Of a stretch of 64,000 nt of DNA, positions 15,401 through 25,780 are shown piece after piece. The notes under the pieces are model-generated. The model was not told the DNA's origin. It searched no databases and was given only the letters and a program-made list of their open reading frames with translations. Both the position numbers and the translations under genes were made by a program. Within the stretch, counting starts at the first letter, position 1. Every line of letters starts with the position of its first letter. Source of the stretch: Dimorphilus gyrociliatus (Eukaryota; Animalia; Annelida); contig CAJFCJ010000006.1 in the NCBI GenBank assembly GCA_904063045.1, forward strand, positions 372,001 to 436,000. Direction: 5' to 3'.

Positions 15401-15770
15401 CAGGACATTTAATGATTTAAAGCAAAATAAAGGATCGATACTGAAAGCTTCTGTAGATTATATACGCAAGCTACAAGATGATCAAAGGCGTTTAAAAGCA
15501 ATTGAAGATCAAAATCGCCATATGGAAGCCACGAATAGAAAGTTAATACTTCGAATGCAAGATATGGAGAGAATGATGACAGTTCATGGAATTTCGAACG
15601 CAAGTGGGACAAGCAGTAATGAGATGCTAGAAGAAGTTCTGGGAAATATTCGAAACCCTATTCTAAAATCTGAACCCAAGGAAGATATATCTACTTCTGT
15701 AGATGAAATTATGGATGATCACAACCCACTATGCAGCAGTGACCCTATGTTTTCAACTTTTGATCAATAA
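12461..15770 (+). CDS. Mitf: MiT/TFE family bHLH-zip transcription factor (Mitf/TFEB/TFE3 ortholog), multi-exon
   Basis: Exon 1 [13 protein letters not shown]...[11 protein letters not shown] resembles the MITF-A N-terminus. [13 protein letters not shown] (14401 exon) resembles SRILLRQQLMRE. Also [16 protein letters not shown], and bHLH-zip [25 protein letters not shown]...[17 protein letters not shown]. Confidence 0.92.
12718..12733 (+). promoter_or_regulatory. CTCF-like binding motif in Mitf intron 1
   Basis: CCGGTAGGGGGCAGCA fits the CTCF core CCRSYAGRKGGCRSYR at every position, in a non-coding GC-rich patch. Confidence 0.5.
13281..13288. promoter_or_regulatory. Palindromic CRE (TGACGTCA) in Mitf intron 1
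   Basis: Exact 8-bp CRE palindrome; function untested. Confidence 0.35.
13991..14038. promoter_or_regulatory. Paired CCAAT (NF-Y-like) boxes, candidate internal Mitf promoter
   Basis: CTGATTGG at 13991-13998 and 14031-14038. A similar pair (12323-12330, 12370-12377) precedes exon 1a. Confidence 0.4.
14120..14334 (+). CDS. Candidate alternative first coding exon of Mitf
   Basis: ATG-initiated 72-codon ORF rich in Y/N/S. It ends TAC CG|gtaagt (phase 2), the same phase as exon 1a (GAC AG|gttcgt), 66 nt before the shared acceptor at 14400. Two CTGATTGG boxes lie upstream. Confidence 0.6.
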
Positions 15771-15779
15771 CTATTTTGT

Positions 15780-16010
15780 TTTTTAATGTGTATGTATATG
15801 TGTATATACTGTGTATACAAAATATACATGCATGTGTATATAGCATTATGTTTCTTATCTCTAAATACATACAATCAGTAGAGAATATACATAAATGATA
15901 TGTAAAACGTGAACATCAAATATTTATACATATATTTATTAATATATATGTCTATATATATATAAATATATATATATATATAAATTTATACAGAATATAT
16001 AACATATATA
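15780..16010. repeat. TA-rich low-complexity/microsatellite tract downstream of Mitf
   Basis: Imperfect TA/TG runs, e.g. 15951-15990. A pure run also lies at 16758-16777. Confidence 0.7.
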
Positions 16011-16271
16011 CAATGGGGGAAAAATTGTAGCTAACATTTTTGCGTATAATTTATTTCCTGCTATTAGATAGAAAACACTATCACACAATAGTTATACAGT
16101 ATATTATGAACAGTAAATCAGCAAAGGAAGAACTTTTTGTGATGCTTACATTTTTATATAATCTAGTTCAAAATATTTCTTTATTTACGAATGCGTACAC
16201 GCCAGTCAAAAGTAGTTGGCGAAAGAATGCTTGCAATTAATTATAAAATTATGGTCATTGTGTTGTAGTTT

Positions 16272-19200
16272 TTAATTCTTCTGTGCTGTCAAGATTTTGC
16301 CATTTTGGTAGACAAGTTTGGTCATAGCTACCCAGACATGGTAAAAGCAGTTCTGTGAATCAGTGCCCTCGTCTTCTACAAGAACATAATCTCTTCTAAA
16401 AAGGGTATGACCTGATGGCACAAATAAATTGGACAAAATGCATTGGTGGTCTTCCACTTTCATCATGGCTATTGAATATTTTCAATTACAGATCTGATTC
16501 TCAGAGTTTCTATAATTAACAACGTATGCTTATGAAAAAAGATAGTGTATAGGCAATTATTTCTGCATATAGGAAATAGTTTGAACTAGATTTTACAAAA
16601 AATATAAACGCTTCAAAAATTTCTTCCTTGCAGTAGTAGATTTTTTGCTGGAAAGAGAAGACTACTTGATAATCATACAAATAGTGGGTAGTAAAAATTA
16701 GGTAGAAATGTTAGTGTAGCTACAATTTTTTCACCTACTATATATATAAAAGAATATTATATATATATATATATATACTGTATATTCTGTATATTTATAC
16801 TGTATATATTATTATGCCATATATACAGTATAAGCTCGTTACTTTCTGTCATGTACGAATATAACAATATGGATTTTTTCTAAATCGCTTCCTCCTCGAT
16901 GTTTGTTCTTCTATAATTGCATGAAGACTTTTTACGCTTAGAACTGGAGTTTCTCTTCAAATTGACAGGGTTTAGAGCGTGACGCATATATGGTAAATAG
17001 ATAATATAGACAAACGCATGAAGGGTAAAAGATAAATGATAGGCATGGAGCGCCATCTGCTGAACTAAGTACACTATCATAGTTAACTCCACATTTGTAG
17101 GTCTAGTGACGGTGTAAAATCGTAGGAACTGCGTGGGAGAGGTAAATAGGAGGAAGACACCATTAATTGCCAAAGAGAGTATAACATCTCTTCTAATAAC
17201 AATTTCTTCGTGCCTTGGAGAGTAGCGGCGTGTGGCTACAGTGCTCATCCTTACATGTAGATGATGGACGAAACTTGCAATACCTCTATGCCTATGCTTT
17301 ACTGTAACGACCATAGTCATACTATTTAGAATAATAACAACAGAATAAGGAAGAACCACATTGAAAATGGCATCAAACCGGACAAGTAGAAGAGCGGAAT
17401 CTCCATAATCGGCGAGCGGTATGCATGTCATCATATGATTGGAAACTGTTAAAGACAGGTTAACGTGAACCGCGATAGCAACTGCAACAATACCAAGTAG
17501 TACGAATCTTGCTCTCATCCTACTACACAGAGCCGCTCTCGCTGTATAGCACATCCGAATATGAGCATCAATCGCTATAACAACTTGAGTCCAGACAGAA
17601 ACAAAATTTGTTAGATTACTAAAGAAGAAGAAGGCTTGACAAGCGACGGAAACTTGTGAGAAAACAGATAAAGGTGTCTGACTGTCTATCCAAGCTAGTA
17701 AAAGCGTGATTAGGAATATTACATGAACAGTTGTAAGACAACGGCAATAAACTGTTGTAGAACTCCGAGATTTATCGTTGGTCCTGAGGAGAATTGCTGC
17801 GATGAGATTTGCAAAAATTCCGATAGTTGTATAAACAGGGCGAACATAATAGTCAAGTATATGTAGAGTAAGTGATAGGCCTTCAGGCCCCGCTGATGTA
17901 TTATTATGTTTATGTAGTATCATTTTCACCTAAATGATAAGAAAAATTAGAAAACTTCTTACACAAACCTCCAACATATTCGGAACGCACATATGCACTG
18001 CGTTTGCACTCGACGTCAAACGGCGCGTAGACGCCCTGACGTCGATATATAGTATTATAATACATTAGTACACAAAAAATACTTAGGCCTGTTTAATTCG
18101 TTTGAAACAAGAGATGGCGCACATTGTTCACATTGGACCTTGATAAGAGAGGAGAGGATGTCACTTAAAGAATTAAGTTTTATTGATAGAGAGAAGATAG
18201 AGGACGCTCGCAGAAACTTGGAAGGAATAGTGACAAAATCTCCCTTATTAAAGTTGAACACCACATTTATACGCCACAGTGAGTACAATTTAGAGGGGAA
18301 AAAAATCTATATCAAATTGGAAAATTTACAAGATGTCGGCTCCTTCAAAATTCGAGGAGCAGTAAATGCTTTAAGACAGAAGAAATTAAATTCTGTTCAG
18401 GGGGTCTACACTTGCAGCGTAGGCAATTTCGCTCACGCGTTAGCCTACGGCTCATCAAAACTTGGCGTTCCTTGCAGTGCAGTTGTTCCACCAAACTATT
18501 CTAAGCAAAAAATTATGGGAGCAAAAGCTTTCGGAGCATCAATAAAAGTAGTAGAATTTGATGAATTTTGGCAAGCAATGTCTACTGGCGACATATCTGG
18601 TATTGACGGAACATTTATCCATCCTGTGTGCGATGAAGATGTTATAGCAGGACATGGGACAATAGGCTTAGAAATATTAGAGGATTTGCCTGACGTTAAT
18701 CAGATAATAGTACCATTTGGCGGTGGAGGCCTTGCGTGTGGGATAGCTTCGGCTGTAAGAGGTTATAATGTAAAAGTAACACCTTGTGAAGTGGATGTAG
18801 CGGCACCGCTTAAGGCATCTCAATTAGCTGGTAAACCTACAACTTGTAAATCACACACAGTAAACTTCGTAGATGGAATGTCTGGAACGAGAGTGTTTGA
18901 CCCTATGTGGAATTTGATAAACAATCTTTTAGAGGACTCAATAGCTTTAAGCTTAGAAAGTATCGCGGGCGCTATGAAAATTTTAGCCGAGGGCAATCGA
19001 GTGATAGCAGAAGGAGCTGGAGCAGCACCAATTGCGGCTGCATTATCGGAACAAACGGCTCCAGGAAATATCGTATGTGTCGTTTCTGGAGGCAATATCG
19101 ATTTGAATAAGTTTTGCACTGCAATGAGTGGTATCGTTCCAGAATAGGTTTGATTATCATGCAATAGAATACGTCAAAAATATCAGCCATTACTTAAAAA

Positions 19201-19645
19201 TAAATTGATATATCGAAAATATACTTGGAAGATAGATTACTTAACTTACCGAGGTAATTAAAAAATCCCACTTCCTCTGAGTGTATTCTCCTTACCAAAA
19301 AGGATATTACTCTTTCGAAAAAATTAGTTCCTCTTGTGCTTACAATTCGCTGAAGATTCAAAAGAGAAAAGAAATGTTCGCCTCCTATCGAGAGAAAAAT
19401 TACATACAGCGCACTCGGAATTTTTCGGGTGTCCTTCCATCTGATCAGATTTACAGGGCTTTACGTTAAAATTTTAAAAAATTTTATTTTTATTTATCAA
19501 CACTCCCTCTTCACCTATTGTTAAATAATATTCAGTGCAAATTGTACAATATCACTGAGTTACCTTACTGGATCAGTGCTATTAGCTGCAGGAAATATTG
19601 ATGCACTCGTCAAAACATTTTTTCGTTGAGAGGAAACTATCATAC
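16272..19645 (-). CDS. Hypothetical multi-exon gene of unknown function whose long intron would contain the GPCR and the dehydratase
   Basis: Phase-consistent exon chain 19645-19564, 19458-19250 (69 open codons, donor gtaagt) and 16468-16272 (acceptor tcaatag, 64-codon ORF). No recognised domain. Confidence 0.3.
16880..17923 (-). CDS. Divergent single-exon rhodopsin-like 7TM receptor (orphan, FMRFamide-receptor-like clade)
   Basis: Seven hydrophobic segments. GIFANLIA (TM1), SSTTVYCRCL (TM2), SVWTQVVIAIDAHI (TM3, DRY replaced by DAH), LPYSVVIILN (TM5), FLLFTSP (TM6). ATG at 17923 follows an acceptor-like tttag. Confidence 0.8.
   Translation of the reverse strand: MILHKHNNTSAGPEGLSLTLHILDYYVRPVYTTIGIFANLIAAILLRTNDKSRSSTTVYCRCLTTVHVIFLITLLLAWIDSQTPLSVFSQVSVACQAFFFFSNLTNFVSVWTQVVIAIDAHIRMCYTARAALCSRMRARFVLLGIVAVAIAVHVNLSLTVSNHMMTCIPLADYGDSALLLVRFDAIFNVVLPYSVVIILNSMTMVVTVKHRHRGIASFVHHLHVRMSTVATRRYSPRHEEIVIRRDVILSLAINGVFLLFTSPTQFLRFYTVTRPTNVELTMIVYLVQQMALHAYHLSFTLHAFVYIIYLPYMRHALNPVNLKRNSSSKRKKSSCNYRRTNIEEEAI
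18158..19147 (+). CDS. Intronless PLP-dependent threonine/serine dehydratase-family enzyme (fold type II)
   Basis: KLENLQDVGSFKIRGA (PLP lysine), CSVGNF, IAGHGTIGLEILEDLP, VPFGGGGLACGIA, EGAGAA, VVSGGNID. Confidence 0.9.
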   Translation: MSLKELSFIDREKIEDARRNLEGIVTKSPLLKLNTTFIRHSEYNLEGKKIYIKLENLQDVGSFKIRGAVNALRQKKLNSVQGVYTCSVGNFAHALAYGSSKLGVPCSAVVPPNYSKQKIMGAKAFGASIKVVEFDEFWQAMSTGDISGIDGTFIHPVCDEDVIAGHGTIGLEILEDLPDVNQIIVPFGGGGLACGIASAVRGYNVKVTPCEVDVAAPLKASQLAGKPTTCKSHTVNFVDGMSGTRVFDPMWNLINNLLEDSIALSLESIAGAMKILAEGNRVIAEGAGAAPIAAALSEQTAPGNIVCVVSGGNIDLNKFCTAMSGIVPE

Positions 19646-20482
19646 CTAAAAAAAAATTTAATTTCGCACGAAAAGCGTCAATTGTATTTTTCTATAATTC
19701 TACTTTTACTTATGTTTTTGCGGCGCCCTGAAATTTTTAAGTTATCCTAACTTTCTTTACTCCTATACACTTTATTTTTATAATCATACAGCTTTTAGAC
19801 GTGTTGAGCTTCAGGAAACTAGATAAATAAAGCGGAGTGCTTGGAAAACGCAGGCCTATTTGCTTTTACCAATATATAAATCGTTTTATACGCAGTAAGG
19901 TGTCCTTTTGCCATTTCAATCTATAAATCTTTCCTCTGTTAGTTGAATTTTCTTTATCTTAATCAGAATCCTATAATAGTTTCATTAAGCGCATAAAATA
20001 TTACGCTTATTTGTATAATGAAACGGCAAAAACCGGTATTTTTCTTTAGTTTGTGTTTGTTGAAGGATATATTTTGTGTATCATGACACCATTGCCTTTA
20101 TTAATAACTGGCTTGTGCCCAGCAGCCATAATTAGACGAATAAAACTTTTTATTATTATATTTTCTCATTACTTATACAAAAGTTATTCCAGGTAAACTT
20201 ATAGCCTCTTCTCGTTGTAAAAAGGACATAATTAAATAATTACCTGTAAATTTATTATGAAGTAATATCTTTTATTTCTATTGAAACTAATAATTCTTAT
20301 TTCGTATAAAAGACCAATGATGGTTTATCAGGGTAACATCTAGCTTCTCAATGTTATTTAATGATATTACAAGGTTTTATTATAGTAATAAAATAGAAAA
20401 GAGAAATATTAGTCATTAATAATGTCATCATTATTAGTATACACATATTATTATTATGATTAATGTTTACTGTTATATTTGG

Positions 20483-21677
20483 CTATCTGCCTATTTTATT
20501 CAGTCCAAAATATGTTGACTTCTTATGTTTTGTTATAAGGTCCGGATAGTTGATTTTTACAAAAATTTTGTCTCCCTTCTGTAAGTCTGCCGATCCGTAA
20601 ATATTACTGGAGCGAGTAAAGCCTTTTTTTTCCTCTTTGGATAGGGAGAATCCGCTCTATATAAAAAAAATAAAATATTATATCAATCGATTTTTTTAAT
20701 CAAACCATAAAATGATAAATTTTACTTGGAATAGAGTTTTATCTCTTTCTTTCTCTCTTTTCAGAGCTACAATATGAGAAATTCTTTCTGGCTTCTCTGT
20801 GGACTTTTCTTTAAGTCTAAATTGGACCTATTGAAAAATTTCTCCTAAAATTAATTAGCAGCTGGATATTGCAAGATTACCTGACAATAGATTATGTAAA
20901 ACCCGCTTTCTAAAATTTCAACATTTCCTGTCTTTATATCGTAGTGAAATCCATAAATGTATGAGGGAGTACGATCAAATTCCCACTCCTTGATAGTCTC
21001 CAGTTTACCAGATGGCTTGTTACTATTAATTTTATCAGTTTTAATGTAAAATCGCAAAGCAATAGACTTCTCAATAGAATCTGAAATCTAAAAAATATTT
21101 GTCTGATTGCAAAAGTAAAACTAAAACTAAAACTTCTGTAAATTCTTATTTATACCTATAGTCCTAGATAATTCAGCCTATGAATCACAGGTAGTATTCA
21201 TTAAATCTTATTTTCTTTTTCTATATCCAATATTATTATATAATAAAAAACACGTAAATCAAGTTAGTAAATTTGATTAACAATTTGCTAAGAATAGATA
21301 ACTTAAGAATAAAAGATAATTATATAATAAACCAAAAAGACTTTAAATAAGACTTTATTCTTCATTCAGTAAACTCATCGTTGCGCTATCACGAAAAATA
21401 ATCTATTTATGGCGAATAATACAAATGTTGATGTAATTGCAAACTATCTTACGTTTCTATTCTGTCCGATAAGACTTATTTCTGGTTGATGTTCAGATAA
21501 AAGAGGAAAAAAGATGTCACCACGTTCAATATTATTGAAAGGCCATAATCTCTTTTCAAACGCCAGAAAATGATAGCCAGTTGCACTAATCAGTGATATT
21601 AACACGAAACAAAAAACTAGACAAACTTGGCCCATGTATCTTTGCCTTGGTTTCCTAAACGAAGTCTTTTCGCTCAT
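20483..21677 (-). CDS. TNF superfamily ligand (type II membrane protein), about 235 aa; 4 exons (21677-21453, 21087-20881, 20827-20726, 20656-20483)
   Basis: Short basic N-terminus plus TM VCLVFCFVLISLISATGYHFL. TNF homology domain motifs GNVEILESGFYIIYCQV and GSADLQKGDKIFVKI...STYFGLNKI*. All introns are phase 0 GT-AG. Confidence 0.8.
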
Positions 21678-22109
21678 TTTATACAAGTCGTCTTCGAAAT
21701 TCGCGCTTAAATGACAAGTGACTAAAGAGTGAATGAAACCTGTTTTTATTTGGCAAGTTCTTCCTTAACGACAAGAGTGATATTCGAGAAAGCTATCTGT
21801 TTTTTTTTAAAAAAATAATATTGGTGCCTGGTTGAGATAAGGTAGAATATTTATTTGTAGGAAAAAACAAGACAATTTACCAAAATATCAGTAAGAGAAC
21901 CTGATGTTATGAAATTTGAAATTTAATATAATGTGATGAGACAGATGATTTATATTCCCACAGCTTTGCTAACCCAAATTAAATTTCACTGTTATTTGCA
22001 TAAGTAGAGGAAAATATGGTATTGACCCATATGTAGATTTATGTTCAGAGAATTGCACTATGTTCTTAGATTTTTATGTTAAATTTCCTAAAAATTGCAT
22101 ATCTGTTTA

Positions 22110-23845
22110 TTATGGCAGTTGACTGAACATGGCTCCCAATGCCCAGCTTATTTCTGTTCCGGATATTTTTTTAGCTATCTGTAGCGAAGAACAATATTTA
22201 AATTTTGAAGAAATTATTGAAATAAATCACCAACATCAAAATTGTTTGTAGCATGAAATTTAAATCCTTCTTGTAAAATAGTTCCCAAGTAAATTAAATC
22301 AAAACACAAAAAGCGTTTTGGACTTTGGTTTAGCTTGTCATCGCATATTCTTTTAGCCATATCCAAGTAATTCTTCGGTTGAACTTGGGCTTCTAGACCA
22401 CCTGAAAGAATTTCAGTTAAAGTTAATTTCCACATTGAAACGGCAGGACGGCTTTTAAGGGATTAAACTTTCATGTACAAGTAATTAGTCCATACAGCTC
22501 TCTAATTTGTTTTTCGGTGCACGTATAAGTAATATGTACTTACTAAATAAGTTAACAGAATTCCCTCTATCGTAAAAATAGGAAAGGAGCAAAAATTTTG
22601 TTCTTGAAAAGTCGGGATTTACGTAGATGTCGTCTCTTAAAACTTTATCTAGAACAAGCTGTTGACACTCCTGGAATCTTGAAGCTTTCGGAGCTTTTCC
22701 AGATACATTATATTTCGTATTCTGGTGCACCCATACTCCAGAGTACCCTTCAGGCAAGCACACGCTTGAGAATTTTGATGTTGATTCATGTCCCCTGAGC
22801 ATTCTTAGGCGAGATGACATCAAACCGAGACCTAAGTAACTTTTTGTATAAGCTGTTATTGTGTAACCCATGGCAGAGACTTTATGTAGTAGGTCGGCCG
22901 AACTTTTTAAAATTTCCTGGGAAGTAAAAATCAAAGAAATTATCAGTAAAATAAAGTCCAAAAGCTAATTTCAAATCATTTTAGATAATACAGGATAACA
23001 AGATAGACAGTAGCATAATTGTTGGTCTTCCTTTATGACTTAATAATACATACTCTGTCTTTTGGCACATATGTGATTTGAATAGACCCTCCTCCTAAAT
23101 CAATGGCTCCGATAGTTTGGTCGCCACCTAGTGTTTCTAGAAAAGACATTTCTCAGTTATTAGATAAAAGATTCCTACAAATTAAATACTTGCTTTTCAA
23201 GATATTAACTGTCAGCCAACTAAATAACCCTTCGTCTGAGGCATCCATGATTTTCACCGATTCATCATGAAATGCGAAAGGAAACTTTCTGAAAAGTTTT
23301 CGTACTTCTTCCAATATTTCTTCTGCTTTTCTCTCTGATAAAAGTCTGAGACCTGCTGTGGCATACAAGCTTATAGGAGTCTTTGTCCAATGCTTTTCAG
23401 GGATATACTCTTTAGCTCTATTCAACAAGTTCTCTAAACTTTTTGCTGCCTGGAACAAAAATACTTTTGTTCACGAACAGGGAAACTAAAATAGTCTTAC
23501 GTTACTAGGATTTTCTGAATAGGCTGATAAACCGGGTAAAACATATTCAAAAAGTTCATCTTGAAATTTCCAATCTTCACTACCATATTTTGTAAATCTA
23601 AAAACATGAATTCTACTGCCTGTCGACCCAGCATCAAATATTATACCATAAAACTCTCTAGGCCTACTTCCTCCACGTGCCAATAGCATAATGATGAGGA
23701 AAATGATTATTATTGCTATCAAGCCATTTTTACTCTTAAGTCTTGACATCATTGTTGCTGACTCCCCTTTCATACTCAAGTTCATGACAAATAAACAACT
23801 CAAAGAGAATAGTGAAATATATATCAACAGCAGAAGCACTGGCAT
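22110..23845 (-). CDS. ENTPD5/6: Ectonucleoside triphosphate diphosphohydrolase 5/6-like (GDA1/CD39 family); start uncertain (ATG 23845, 23752 or 23749)
   Basis: Apyrase conserved regions DAGSTGSRIH (ACR1), ATAGLRLL (ACR2), DEGLFSWLTVN (ACR3), DLGGGSIQ (ACR4), SYLGLGL. Last exon ISWALGAMF...* (ACR5). Confidence 0.9.
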
Positions 23846-24442
23846 GTACTCAGGTTGAAGCAAGTGAGTTTATTCGACTACTAGTGACAATCTAGCAAAC
23901 AACTTAACAAAAATAAACTAATTAATCGACTTTTGTATAAAAGGAGTAACACTGAGTATCACATTTGTAACATGGCTGTAATATGGTTCTAATAGTTCTA
24001 TCGTTTTAACATCGCCATACAATCACAGAAGACTAACCCAAGTGGTATTACTAAACTATACTTTAAAAGACCAAAGTTCTAAAAGCATTTACTTTGCACT
24101 TTTTCATTTCATCTTATTTTCAGACGAAAAATAATTTTAAACTTGCAATCATATTATTAAACTTGATCCCTTTTATTACAATTTGAGTAGCCTCATCTGC
24201 TTGGAAATACAGCTATATGCGTATCTATATTATTTCTATATCTGATTCTTTGTCAGAGAAATATAACTGGTTTTGTTGAAGCCTTAATAAAGATTCTATG
24301 TAATTTAATTTTTAAATATTAGAATAGCTAGAAAATATTAATGATATTGGATCATCTTTACTTTCAGTTTACAAGTTGTGGGGTTTACCGGTTTTTAGCC
24401 AGCACTGAATCATGCGAGAATGGTTTTTACGAAGTAGTAAAA

Positions 24443-25444
24443 ATGGCGCTCTATTTGATACACCGCACTGCTCGATTAAAAAGTATTGTTTCTCATGCAA
24501 GTACGGCTATATTTTATTCATAAATTGCGTTGATGTACAATATATTTTATTACAGTACAAGTCCAACAAAATTTCTCATTGTCATCGAAAAATCATCAGA
24601 ATTATGACATATTTGCCTCAGTGTGTCTTCAAAGGCAACGTGTTCTTACGTCCGAGAAGACACCTCTAGAAATAGAATTTTCAAATTTTTTGCAAGATTT
24701 GGAAACAAAACAAAGTGTTTATAACGATCATGAGTTAAGACATTTTGAGGACTTACGAGTCGCTGAGCAGAGAAAATTAGATATTGATGCAGACGGTGAC
24801 ATTATTCGAGAAACTGCTCTAGATTTAGAGGATTCTTGGGATACTGAATACCAAAATTTTAAACCTGCTCCCAGGACGACTGAAGATGATGAGAACAAAA
24901 ACTTAAAGTCTCACAATAGAGAACTAGATTCGAAATTATTGCTGCTAACAAAATCAAAATTAGGTGATGCTGAACGATGGGTGTTGCCAATGGGAAAATG
25001 GATTAAGGGAGAAAGTCTGAGACAAGTAAGCATTTACCCATACTAAAAATTAGAATCTTTGACTGAAAAATGTTTAATGAAATGAGGCTTTTCTAAAGTA
25101 AAAAAACTGCTTTAAGGAAAAGAAATTGTATGTAAAATATTTACAATTCAAATTTTCCTCATCTTCATCTTGTATTTCAGACAGCAGAAAGGATTCTAGC
25201 CGAGCAAACTGGCTCTAGCTTAAATGTTCAATTTCTAGGAAATGCTCCGTGTGGTTTCTACAAATATGAGTATCCTTCTAAAGAACAGACCATCGGCGCC
25301 AAAATATTCTTTTTCAAAGCTGATTTAAAAGATGGTCAAATCACCAAAAATATAAACTTTCAGTGGATAAAAAAGCAAGATATAAAACCTCTGTTACCTC
25401 CTAGATACTTTAAAGTTGTTGATCGCTTTGTTCTCGATTTTTAA
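24443..25444 (+). CDS. MRPL46: Mitochondrial ribosomal protein L46; 3 exons
   Basis: Basic presequence-like exon 1. Then ASVCLQRQRVL...YNDHELRH, SLHRELD-like SHNRELD, WVLP...GESLRQ|TAERIL, FLGNAPCGFYKYEYP, GAKIFFFKA. Confidence 0.88.
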
Positions 25445-25780
25445 ATTCATTCATATTTTATAAATATATGTTATGTATGCCTAGTTGTTCAAGTGAGTTT
25501 TCAATTGAATTGTTATTTTGTAATATTCTTAATTTTCTTATTTTGTAAACTCTGAAAATAGAGGGATAAGTTCCGATAAAAACACTGATATCGAATTAAT
25601 GTGTGTTATATAATACGTTTTAATGCAGTTGAACGTAACACACCATTTCCCTGTATTTTGCTGAAAGAATTAAATATAATAGAAAATTACATTTAACCAA
25701 AGAGAAGAGTAAAAACACAGCACGTTTAACTACTATTAAATAAGCAATTTAGGTACTAACAGAAAGGTACACTTCGGCAA

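Noticed and set aside
23119-23134. CTCF-like motif CACTAGGTGGCG on the minus strand
   Set aside because: It lies inside the ENTPD coding exon (TLGGD) and is explained by codon content.
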